From NCBI GenBank assembly GCA_033579375.1, contig JAVQVU010000007.1, positions 63,118-127,117 of the forward strand: DNA of 64,000 nt. The letters are read 5' to 3'. Below the pieces are notes generated by a model. The model ran no database searches and was not told the DNA's origin. It was given only the letters and a program-made list of their open reading frames with translations. The translations under genes and the position numbers were made by a program. Positions within the stretch are counted from its first letter, which is position 1. The number at the start of each line of letters is the position of its first letter. Below are positions 55,301 through 62,617 of this stretch, piece after piece. Source of the DNA: Anaerolineae bacterium (lineage in GTDB: Bacteria > Chloroflexota > Anaerolineae > Aggregatilineales > Phototrophicaceae).

Positions 55301-57945
55301 GGATCATTGAGCGGCGTGAGCGGCGTCTGGCACAGCGACGAAGGAACGAGATTGCAGCTGGGCGAACGCGGATTCTGCGGCGTATCCAGGAACAGGTCGA
55401 TGGCGTTCTTCAGCTCAAGGATGGCCGTGCTGGGCGAGAGGTACTGGCCAGTGGGCGTATCCGTGTAAGAGAAACCTGTTGTGTTGGGCAGGGGACGATG
55501 ACCACCCTCCACGCGCCCCCACGTGCCAATGGGAATCCAATTGGTCAGCAGGTTGTTCTCGTTCTCTACGTCGTCCAAGAACGGTAGATCGGTGAAGCGC
55601 AGGCGGTCAGCGCGCTCTAGACGAATTTGGTCAATCCACCAACCCGGCGTATTCCAGCTCTCATAGTTGCGATGGACGAACATAGCGAAGCGGACGCGCA
55701 CTGGCTGAGCAAAGGGCGTGTCGTTGGCGTTGCGCAGACGGATGGTGACGCGCTCCATGATGGGCAGCTGGCTGCGCGTCGTGTTGTTGCGATTCACCAG
55801 CACGCCATCGGCGAAGGTCGTCCAGGTGGGGTTAAGATTGGTGAACGGATCGGTCGTGTACTGGACTTCCAGGCCCACGAAGCGGCTCACGTCGTAGGAG
55901 TGGTAGAAGGTGAGGATGGGGTCGCCCTGGTCGCCCTCTTCGTCAGTTGCGCCGCGCGGGTCGGCCACGTCAATGAAGCCATTCCACTCAATCGTGTGAG
56001 CGCGCAGGTTGGTCGTGTCGAGCTGGCCTGGTCGGCTCATGTTGTTGTCAGAGAAACGGTCGTCGTAGAAGCTGTGCGTTGTGCGGTTGGGGCTTTCGTG
56101 GAAGCTCGTGCCGCTGCCAAAGGTGCGCTCTGTCGTCAGCTGCCAGTTGCCGCTGGTGACGAAGTCCCTGAGCTGATCGGGGCTGTCTAGATTCCAGGTC
56201 TGGGCTGTGTAGTAAGTCTGACGCTGGACATTGTCAATCCGCATGGAGTCGATATACCAATGGTGGTTACCGCTCGTGCCTTCATTGCGCTCAATGACGA
56301 AGCGGAACGTCAAGCGGCGGCTCTGGCCTGGCAAAAGGTAGGGCGACAGATCAATCGTGTTGTACGTCCAGTTGAAGTTCCACGTGTTGCCAGTGCGCAG
56401 CGGGATGGTCTGCCAATTCAGACGGCTACGATCCGCTGGGGAACTGATGAGTGTACCAGTGTTAGCAGGATCGTAGTTGGCAACTTGCAGATAGGCGCGC
56501 GCACCTGGCGAAGAACCTAAGTTCCAAACATCCCAGAAGGTAAGAGCAGGGTTGGTTATGGTCGGCGGAATCTCAACCGCGCCGCGCAGTTCTAGGTGGC
56601 AACGGTTGCCAGCAGGGATACTGTCCCAGATACCGGCAGCGATGTACTCCTTCCATCCATGATCCAACGTGTCGGTGCGAGCATCTGCGAAGTTTCTCCA
56701 GCGGCAGTCTATTATACCGCTGGTAGGCAGACCAGCTGAGTTGACGCGCGTGTCATCAGGGTTTGTGCTGCGGTTGGGCGTAGCGTCAAAGATTTCCAGC
56801 CGCACTCGCGCAGTGTTCACGCGCTCCGCAAAATCGAGTTGCAAGGTGTACTGACCCGGCGGCACAGTGCGGGTGAAGTGGATGCTACGGCTGACTGGCA
56901 AATCTTGGCTCGTCCAGTTCTCCGCCAGCAAACACTCTGTGGGAATCTGATTGCCAGGCCCTACAGGATTGTTCGGGTCGAACCCCAAGCCCAGATTGTT
57001 GTACAGTTGCCAATGATTGTTGTTTGTGGTACGGTTAGCAGGCGTTGTGTAGGGGTTTCCACCAAAGCCTGCGCTGTCCAAGCCACTGTAGAGAGGCCCG
57101 CCGCTAGTCACCCTGACCGACGTATTGTCGCGGCGTACGGCGTTAGAACAGTTGCCGGGGCCGCCGTTGATGACGCTGGGGTTGCCGCCGTAAATGCCGC
57201 CCAAAATCCACAAGCGCACTGCATCCTCAACGTTAGATAGCTGGAAGCGCAGCGTCGTGTTGCCCATCTCTGGAGTGATGGTGATGGTGCGCCGCCAAAC
57301 CACGCCGAAGTTATCGGTCTGCCAACCAGCAATCGGCGAATTCGTACCCCAGTTGAAATCGATAATGCCCGTGAAGGCCGGATCAATCTCCTGATTGTAG
57401 AGACTGTGGGCCGCAGCTCCTGTGAGTTGCGTGTTGGGATAGTACAGCCCGTACCAATCCGCAGAACCTAAGAACAGCGCGTTGTCGACGCGCCAATGCC
57501 TGACTGTCTCTGGGTTGCCTGTGTCTGTCCAGGGCGCCATGTGGATGATATCTTGCGGCGTCGGCGACGGTGACGGCGTGAACGTCGGCGTCCAGGTCGG
57601 AGAGGGTGTAATGGGCGTGTTCGTGGGCGAGGGACCTGATGTCGGTGGCAGGGTAGGCGGTGCGAGCGTGCGCGTGGCCAGCGGAGTCTCTTGAGGCGTC
57701 TGCGTTGCTACCCAAGTCACTGTCAGCCAGAATTGCTCCACGCCAGGCAGTTGAGCAATCGTGCGCGGGTCTGCGCCAACTAAATTGACGACCGTATTGC
57801 TGAAGACATTGCCAATTGCTGGCCCAGTAGCAGCCAGAGCAAAGCCAAAGGCCAGGATCGCCAGCACAACAATCAGCGTGTATTCTACCAGCGACTGACC
57901 GCTCTCCTGGGGACGTGGGTGTTTTAGAGGCGTCGTTTCGGCCAT
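52306..57945 (-). CDS. giant secreted/surface protein (1,879 aa): Flp/TadE-like prepilin-type N-terminus, PT linker, three PA14-like domains, repeated jelly-roll modules
   Basis: The ATG at 57945 is preceded by GAGGG. The N-terminus is MAETTPLKHPRPQESGQSLVEYTLIVVLAILAFGFAL. PA14-like blocks include YGLYYPNTQLTG...IDFNWG...DNFGVVWRR, FAYRWT...ADDGVRLRY and NYSVRWL...GDDGFRLWINY. The track ORF continues to 58293, but that part overlaps folD and is rejected. Confidence 0.8.
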   Translation of the reverse strand: MAETTPLKHPRPQESGQSLVEYTLIVVLAILAFGFALAATGPAIGNVFSNTVVNLVGADPRTIAQLPGVEQFWLTVTWVATQTPQETPLATRTLAPPTLPPTSGPSPTNTPITPSPTWTPTFTPSPSPTPQDIIHMAPWTDTGNPETVRHWRVDNALFLGSADWYGLYYPNTQLTGAAAHSLYNQEIDPAFTGIIDFNWGTNSPIAGWQTDNFGVVWRRTITITPEMGNTTLRFQLSNVEDAVRLWILGGIYGGNPSVINGGPGNCSNAVRRDNTSVRVTSGGPLYSGLDSAGFGGNPYTTPANRTTNNNHWQLYNNLGLGFDPNNPVGPGNQIPTECLLAENWTSQDLPVSRSIHFTRTVPPGQYTLQLDFAERVNTARVRLEIFDATPNRSTNPDDTRVNSAGLPTSGIIDCRWRNFADARTDTLDHGWKEYIAAGIWDSIPAGNRCHLELRGAVEIPPTITNPALTFWDVWNLGSSPGARAYLQVANYDPANTGTLISSPADRSRLNWQTIPLRTGNTWNFNWTYNTIDLSPYLLPGQSRRLTFRFVIERNEGTSGNHHWYIDSMRIDNVQRQTYYTAQTWNLDSPDQLRDFVTSGNWQLTTERTFGSGTSFHESPNRTTHSFYDDRFSDNNMSRPGQLDTTNLRAHTIEWNGFIDVADPRGATDEEGDQGDPILTFYHSYDVSRFVGLEVQYTTDPFTNLNPTWTTFADGVLVNRNNTTRSQLPIMERVTIRLRNANDTPFAQPVRVRFAMFVHRNYESWNTPGWWIDQIRLERADRLRFTDLPFLDDVENENNLLTNWIPIGTWGRVEGGHRPLPNTTGFSYTDTPTGQYLSPSTAILELKNAIDLFLDTPQNPRSPSCNLVPSSLCQTPLTPLNDPVLTFQHQRLFSNGVTLAVEWKLRSEPSTQWRGLWAYADGMRVAQGNPITGSSSPVANNIPANGDRARFSIGWEEVEVDLRPIFNALPPNARTNADRTDDDIMLRFRMTVNNGAARNEGVFLDNIRIAERDELSHALWTTGQTRNSIAGTPYRNRYNTANTLGNGTEFLDPDNAALFPNLWSMGGDWEAITWEQRDGLYSFHVASTVPTDLNNRAPSINASIPSPMMGNNGDLRLDTFNVLQLRTIIDLRGTMNTDRPILYFWSRHFAGNADYFQVQISVEDPAPISCTINSVVDPNMRQCYERQLGWGPWTTVWQATNSRNYAWTRQQIDLSPYARTTTRDGQRIRIRFIADALDGGARRDGWYIDGVQVTLYNPNTIRIGKVTGTTTFFDAARNTLNWMREGHWGLTPAVFRGSGGGPSSLNSTWTYSIWNWGTSGSNRVSLSCGSLATNVCIGRALDGTLSGNNFTNANRWDTGVVTEIRENWGSSGPRRSDGERITDRFAYRWTLTTPVSGINPGRYSFITSADDGVRLRYFKTNGSPMPPALPDDPPAYSNPPWNIVNNWQDQARTTTVSSARIEAFTQYTFVMEYYENSGDASVQLSLGSFSFSFTAAQPVGSGRLASEQRPAEARASYSMMLNSALDLSQAVAPVLNYYTYYELGGAVQVEVSVDGGFTWTTDFLSGRPISTTALRPASIFTSPWHGYYWNNTSLDFSVTGGYKAYTPLPDNSNTAPTQSAGWRPTGTPNLAVNATATTGITTFNSVNGYRNDGLQSGLNFDWSSTNPFSPINSSNYSVRWLKSIFIDPSQVNTTYQFTVSGDDGFRLWINYTPGCAWRDNNNPVGTYIFSGGPNNGQVNHTRGDTSAVWQRTSCLLIDDWEFQGTNTHTVTRTLPPGHHVLQLDYFAGGQPNRISFSMTQGNFSSPRISGTTYTPDMGDWQLRTHDLSAYAGPGSVPLLLRFRIDRLSEETASVHPNNTAGANFDYRVSWWLTDIQVVDP

Positions 57946-58101
57946 AATATTCCCTCGAAAGTATGACGGACTCTTCCGTACCCCTATGGTACTAGAGATT
58001 GGGCCGAGACGGGATTTGTAGATTGTTGTTTCTTGTTCAAATGCGTTGACAAAAAGACGACCACAAGGCGAAACCATTGAACATCGCTGAGAGAAGGTAA
58101 G

Positions 58102-58989
58102 ATGAGCGCGCAGATACTCAACGGTCAAGACATAGCAGACCGTCTCCAGGCCCAAATTGCCCATGAGGTAGAAGCTTTCAAAGGACGCTACGGAATTGTG
58201 CCAGGGCTTGGCGTGGTCATGGCTGGCGACAACCCTGCTTCGGCGCAATACGTGCGCATGAAGCGCAAAGCCTGCGAGAAAGTTGGCATTCATTCAGTGA
58301 CCCATTTGGTCAATTCTAGCACGCCGCAGGACGAGGTACTCAGCTTGGTGCGCGCGCTGAACGATGATCCACTCATTCACGGCGTCCTGGTTCAGCTCCC
58401 CTTACCTGCGCACATTGACGAAGTTGCCGTCTTGTCAGCGGTCGGTTTGGAGAAGGACGTGGACGGCTTTCACCCTCTCAACATCGGCGCGCTGGCCATG
58501 AAGGGCCGCGAGCCGAGCTTTGTGCCGGCGACTCCTAGCGGCTGCATGGTGCTGCTGCGAGAAGCAGGCGTCGAGCTGGATGGTGCAAACGCCGTCATTC
58601 TGGGTCGCAGCAACATCGTCGGCCTGCCTATGACCCTGCTGCTCATGAAGGCCAACGCCACTGTGACCGTCTGCCACAGTCGTACTCGTGGCCTGGCCGA
58701 CGTGGTACGCCGCGCTGACGTGCTGATCGCTGCCGTTGGGCGCGCCGAGATGGTGCGTGGAGACTGGATCAAGCACGGCGCCGTCGTGATCGACGTAGGG
58801 ACGAACAAGGTCGATGATCCTAGCAGTGATAAAGGCTACAAAATCGTGGGCGACGTGCATTTCCCCAGCGCAGTCGAAGTCGCCAGCGTCATCACCAAAG
58901 TCCCTGGCGGGGTCGGCCCGATGACGATCACCATGCTGCTCAGCAACACGCTCAAAGCTGCCAGACAGCACGTGGGCGAGAAAGTCTAG
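58102..58989 (+). CDS. folD: bifunctional methylenetetrahydrofolate dehydrogenase/cyclohydrolase
   Basis: Motifs GLGVVMAGDNPASAQYVRMKRKAC, GVLVQLPLP, VDGFHP, GRSNIVGLP and PGGVGPMT. Confidence 0.93.
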   Translation: MSAQILNGQDIADRLQAQIAHEVEAFKGRYGIVPGLGVVMAGDNPASAQYVRMKRKACEKVGIHSVTHLVNSSTPQDEVLSLVRALNDDPLIHGVLVQLPLPAHIDEVAVLSAVGLEKDVDGFHPLNIGALAMKGREPSFVPATPSGCMVLLREAGVELDGANAVILGRSNIVGLPMTLLLMKANATVTVCHSRTRGLADVVRRADVLIAAVGRAEMVRGDWIKHGAVVIDVGTNKVDDPSSDKGYKIVGDVHFPSAVEVASVITKVPGGVGPMTITMLLSNTLKAARQHVGEKV

Positions 58990-59067
58990 AGCAGCCCTTG
59001 TGAAAAGTGGCCTTGCGCCGTATTGTTAACGCGCAATCTCGGTTATCTCCACCCAGGAAGGCTTCTT

Positions 59068-60432
59068 TTGGCGACGCTCATCTTGCGAAACATCCACACC
59101 TTAGCTACTCTAGACGACGCAGGGACGGTGATTCAGCAGGGGGCGCTGGTGGCTCGCGACGGCGTCATCGTCTGGTTAGGCTCAAGCGCTCAATTGCCTT
59201 CTGAACTGCAAGCTGAAGCAAATGAGGTCATCGAGCTGGACAAACACGTCGTCATCCCTGGCCTGGTCAACGCCCATCACCACATGGTGCAAAGCTTGAC
59301 GCGCGTCATGGCCAAAGACCACGAGCTTTTCGACTGGCTGACGACGCTCTACCCCATCTGGCGCAACTTGCGCAGCCAACACGTCTACATCGCCGCCAAG
59401 CTGGCGATGGCTGAACTCATCCTGTCAGGTTGTACCACCTCAAGCGATCATCTCTACATTTATCCTAACGATGTGACGCTGGAGGATGAGATACGCGCTG
59501 CTCAGGAGATTGGTATACGCTTCCATGCCTCGCGCGGCAGCATGAGCCTGGGCGAGAGCAAAGGAGGCCTGCCTCCTGATAGCGTAGTGGAAGACGAAGA
59601 CGAGATTCTGCGAGTGACGCGGGACGCCATCGAACGCTGGCACGATCCTCAGCGCTACAGTATGCTACGCATTGTCGTCGCACCTTGCTCACCGTTCACC
59701 GTAACCAACGACCTCATGCGTGAAGCTGCCAACCTCGCGCGGGCCTACGGCGTGCGTCTGCATACCCATCTGGCAGAGAACGTCAAAGATATTGAATACG
59801 GCCTGGAACGCTGGGGTATGCGCCCCGGCGATTACGCTGAGTCAGTGGGCTGGCTAGGAGACGACGTTTGGCACGCCCACTGCGTCAAACTGGACGCGCA
59901 CGAAATAGGCTTATTCGGGCGTACAGGGACAGGCATTTGCCACTGCCCAAGCTCCAACATGCGCCTGGCGTCTGGCATTGCGCCACTGCGCACCATGCTA
60001 GATCAGCGCGTCAGAGTTGGCCTGGGCGTAGACGGCTCGGCTTCCAACGATAGTGGTCACCTGTTGACTGAGGCGCGCCTGGCCATGCTCTTGCAGCGGG
60101 CAGCCAGTGAAAATCCCAGCCATATCACCACCGACGAAGCACTGCGCTTGGCCACGCGCGGCGGAGCTAGCGTCTTGGGGCGGGATGACGTTGGCCATCT
60201 GGCCGTCGGCATGGCCGCTGACCTAGTAGCTTACCGTCTGGATCAGATAGGGTTCGCCGGCGCCCAACATGACCCTGTAGCAGCTCTGGTGCTGTGCCAG
60301 CCTGCCAGTGTCGATTACTCCATCATTCATGGGCGGCCTGTGGTGCGCGATGGCCATCTGATGACGGTTGACCTGCCGCAACTGATCGAAGTCCACAATG
60401 CCCTCTCTAAACAGTTGATCGACGGAGCGTGA
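59068..60432 (+). CDS. COG0402 amidohydrolase (guanine / 8-oxoguanine / cytosine deaminase-like)
   Basis: Motifs PGLVNAHHHMVQSLTR, HTHLAE and GVDGSASND. The TTG at 59068 is preceded by AGGAAGG. The track start at 59023 is the alternative. Confidence 0.8.
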   Translation: MATLILRNIHTLATLDDAGTVIQQGALVARDGVIVWLGSSAQLPSELQAEANEVIELDKHVVIPGLVNAHHHMVQSLTRVMAKDHELFDWLTTLYPIWRNLRSQHVYIAAKLAMAELILSGCTTSSDHLYIYPNDVTLEDEIRAAQEIGIRFHASRGSMSLGESKGGLPPDSVVEDEDEILRVTRDAIERWHDPQRYSMLRIVVAPCSPFTVTNDLMREAANLARAYGVRLHTHLAENVKDIEYGLERWGMRPGDYAESVGWLGDDVWHAHCVKLDAHEIGLFGRTGTGICHCPSSNMRLASGIAPLRTMLDQRVRVGLGVDGSASNDSGHLLTEARLAMLLQRAASENPSHITTDEALRLATRGGASVLGRDDVGHLAVGMAADLVAYRLDQIGFAGAQHDPVAALVLCQPASVDYSIIHGRPVVRDGHLMTVDLPQLIEVHNALSKQLIDGA

Positions 60433-60434
60433 AG

Positions 60435-61121
60435 ATGGGCCTGCATATTGGCGTCGTCTGTCTGGTGCAAGACGATCAAGAGCGCTTTCTGATCGCCAAG
60501 CGCAGCGATTTTGGCACATGGAACTTTCCGACAGGCCGACTAGATTATGGCGAGACGCTGATCGAAGCAGCAGAGCGCGAGACCTTCGAGGAGACGGGGA
60601 TTCACTGCCGCGTCTCAAGGCCCATCGGCTTGTATTACCAGCAGGGACGTGAACGCATGAACGTCGCCTTCTTGGCCAAAGCCGTAGGCGGCAGTCTTGA
60701 ACCTGACTTGATCGAAACCAGCGAGTGTCGCTGGAGTGCAATAGACGAGCTTCCTCCAAACCTCTTTGGGCGCTACATGCTGGAACACGCCCTGGCAGGT
60801 GGCTTACACTGCCATATTCACCACACTCCAGAAGAAACCCTGCGCGAGTTGGAGCGTAAACTACAAGAGCGCAGACAGCGCAACGCCGCTGAAGGTCGTC
60901 CAGAGCCTGAATGGGCCGAATTCCGAGTGACCGCCAGAGCCGACGTAGCCGGCCGCGTCTACCGCGCCATCATCAGTCCACACACGCCCCCCTGGGAACA
61001 ATTGGCCCAAGTCATCCAGCAGCAGGGCGGCCCACAAATCGCGCTGGACTGGCTGAGCGTCGATGAGAACCTCGTCGCCCACCAGCTTGAATTCGTGTTT
61101 ATCCAAGCCAGACCAAGCTGA
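60435..61121 (+). CDS. Nudix hydrolase with a C-terminal extension
   Basis: Nudix box GRLDYGETLIEAAERETFEETGI. The ATG at 60435 has GGAG 7 nt upstream. GTG at 60429 (GTGA overlap with the upstream stop) is the alternative. Confidence 0.8.
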   Translation: MGLHIGVVCLVQDDQERFLIAKRSDFGTWNFPTGRLDYGETLIEAAERETFEETGIHCRVSRPIGLYYQQGRERMNVAFLAKAVGGSLEPDLIETSECRWSAIDELPPNLFGRYMLEHALAGGLHCHIHHTPEETLRELERKLQERRQRNAAEGRPEPEWAEFRVTARADVAGRVYRAIISPHTPPWEQLAQVIQQQGGPQIALDWLSVDENLVAHQLEFVFIQARPS

Positions 61122-61135
61122 GGAAAGCTGAACTT

Positions 61136-62329
61136 ATGGTAGATCAAAGCAAGATCAACCTGTTAAAAGCTCGCGTCGCTGAACAACGCGAAGCCATCCT
61201 AAAATTCTTCAAAGAGATCATCGCCATCCCCAGCATGGATGGCCAAATCCGCGAAGTTGGCGAGCGTGTGGCCGAAGAAATGCGCACGCTGGGCTTTGAC
61301 GATGTTTGGTGGGACAAAATGGGCAACATCGTGGGCAGGGTCGGCGATGGCCCGCGCATTCTGCTTTACGACAGCCACATCGACACAGTGGGCATTGGCG
61401 ACCCCAACGCTTGGGCTTGGGACCCGTTCAAAGGCAAAGAGGAGGACGGAATCTTCTACGCGCGCGGCGCGTGCGACGAGAAGCAAAGCACGCCCGGCAT
61501 GATCTACGGCCTAGCGCTGGCCAGAGAATTGGGCTTCCTGAACGGTTGGACAGCTTACTACTTCGGCAACATGGAAGAATGGAACGACGGCCAAGCCCCC
61601 CATGCCTTCGTACAAACCGAGGGGATTAAACCAGATTTCGTCGTCATCGGTGAGCCGACTAAAATGCAGGTCTATCGCGGTCATAAAGGCCGCGTCGAAT
61701 TCGCCATCACCGCGCGCGGCAAGAGCGCTCATGCTGCCAGCAACTTCTTGGGCGATAACGCCATCTACAAGCTACTGCCCATCATTGAGCGCCTGAGCAA
61801 GATTGAGCCAGAACTCGGCGATCACGAATTCTTGGGGCATGGCCGCCTCACCGTGACTGATATGCACGTCAAGACCCCCAGCATTAACGCTGTACCAGAC
61901 GAAGCTACCATCTACATTGATCGGCGTATCACCTTCGGCGAGACGCCAGAAGCTGAATTGCAGCGCCTCAAAGACATCGTCGGCCCGCGCGACGACATCG
62001 AGGTACGCATTCTCGTGTACGATGAACCGAGCTACACTGGCTTCGTCTTCCCGCTGGACAAGATTTATCCTGCCTGGGCTTACGAAGAATCGCACCCTTT
62101 TGTGCAGGCTGGCGTCAAGGCCGGTGAGCTGCTCTATGGCAGCATGACGACGGGCAAATGGGACTTCAGCACCAACGGCATCTACTGGGCAGGCAAAGCT
62201 GGCATTCCTTCCATCGGCTTCGGCCCTGGCGACGAAGTCCATGCTCATACTGTCATTGACCAAGTGAAGCTGGACGACGTGGTGCGCGCCACCGAGTGGT
62301 ATGCCCTGCTGCCTGCGATGATTGAGTGA
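61136..62329 (+). CDS. ygeY: YgeY-like M20-family peptidase/deacylase
   Basis: The blocks IAIPS, MGNIVGRVGDGPRILLYDSHIDTVG, YRGHKGR, RGDNAIYK-like and STNG...GIPSIGFGPG are co-linear with E. coli YgeY as I recall it. Confidence 0.78.
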   Translation: MVDQSKINLLKARVAEQREAILKFFKEIIAIPSMDGQIREVGERVAEEMRTLGFDDVWWDKMGNIVGRVGDGPRILLYDSHIDTVGIGDPNAWAWDPFKGKEEDGIFYARGACDEKQSTPGMIYGLALARELGFLNGWTAYYFGNMEEWNDGQAPHAFVQTEGIKPDFVVIGEPTKMQVYRGHKGRVEFAITARGKSAHAASNFLGDNAIYKLLPIIERLSKIEPELGDHEFLGHGRLTVTDMHVKTPSINAVPDEATIYIDRRITFGETPEAELQRLKDIVGPRDDIEVRILVYDEPSYTGFVFPLDKIYPAWAYEESHPFVQAGVKAGELLYGSMTTGKWDFSTNGIYWAGKAGIPSIGFGPGDEVHAHTVIDQVKLDDVVRATEWYALLPAMIE

Positions 62330-62350
62330 ACGTCGGGATCAACCACGAAG

Positions 62351-62380
62351 AAGGCCACCCTCAGAGGTGGCTTTTCGCTT
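62351..62380. terminator. bidirectional stem-loop terminator between ygeY-like gene and tRNA-Leu
   Basis: AAGGCCACC-CTCAGA-GGTGGCTTT, followed by TCGCTTCTTG on the plus strand. The reverse reading is followed by CTTCTTCG. Confidence 0.55.
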
Positions 62381-62389
62381 CTTGTCTTG

Positions 62390-62471
<82 letters not shown>

Positions 62472-62484
62472 TCACATGCTGCAA

Positions 62485-62512
62485 ATTTTAACAGACGCGA
62501 CCTTCATGTCAA
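62485..62512 (-). promoter_or_regulatory. sigma70-type promoter of tRNA-Leu
   Basis: The minus strand reads TTGACA (62512-62507), 16-nt spacer, TAAAAT (62490-62485). The tRNA 5' end lies 13 nt downstream. Confidence 0.55.
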
Positions 62513-62617
62513 GCCTAAATCGCGCTTGGTGAACTTGGTTTCGCTCTGTGCATGGGCAGGGCCTTCCTGTGTATAATGCCGCCAATTGTCTGGTGGCTTC
62601 ATGGGAGAAAACGCCTC

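Noticed and set aside
58046-58051. A perfect TTGACA upstream of folD, considered as a promoter -35.
   Set aside because: No acceptable -10 hexamer lies 16-18 nt downstream (CGAAAC, GCGAAA, GAAACC).
57946-58293. A 116-codon upstream extension of the giant ORF.
   Set aside because: It overlaps the folD start region on the opposite strand. The ATG at 57945 has a GAGGG RBS and yields a coherent prepilin-like leader. The extension sequence looks non-coding.
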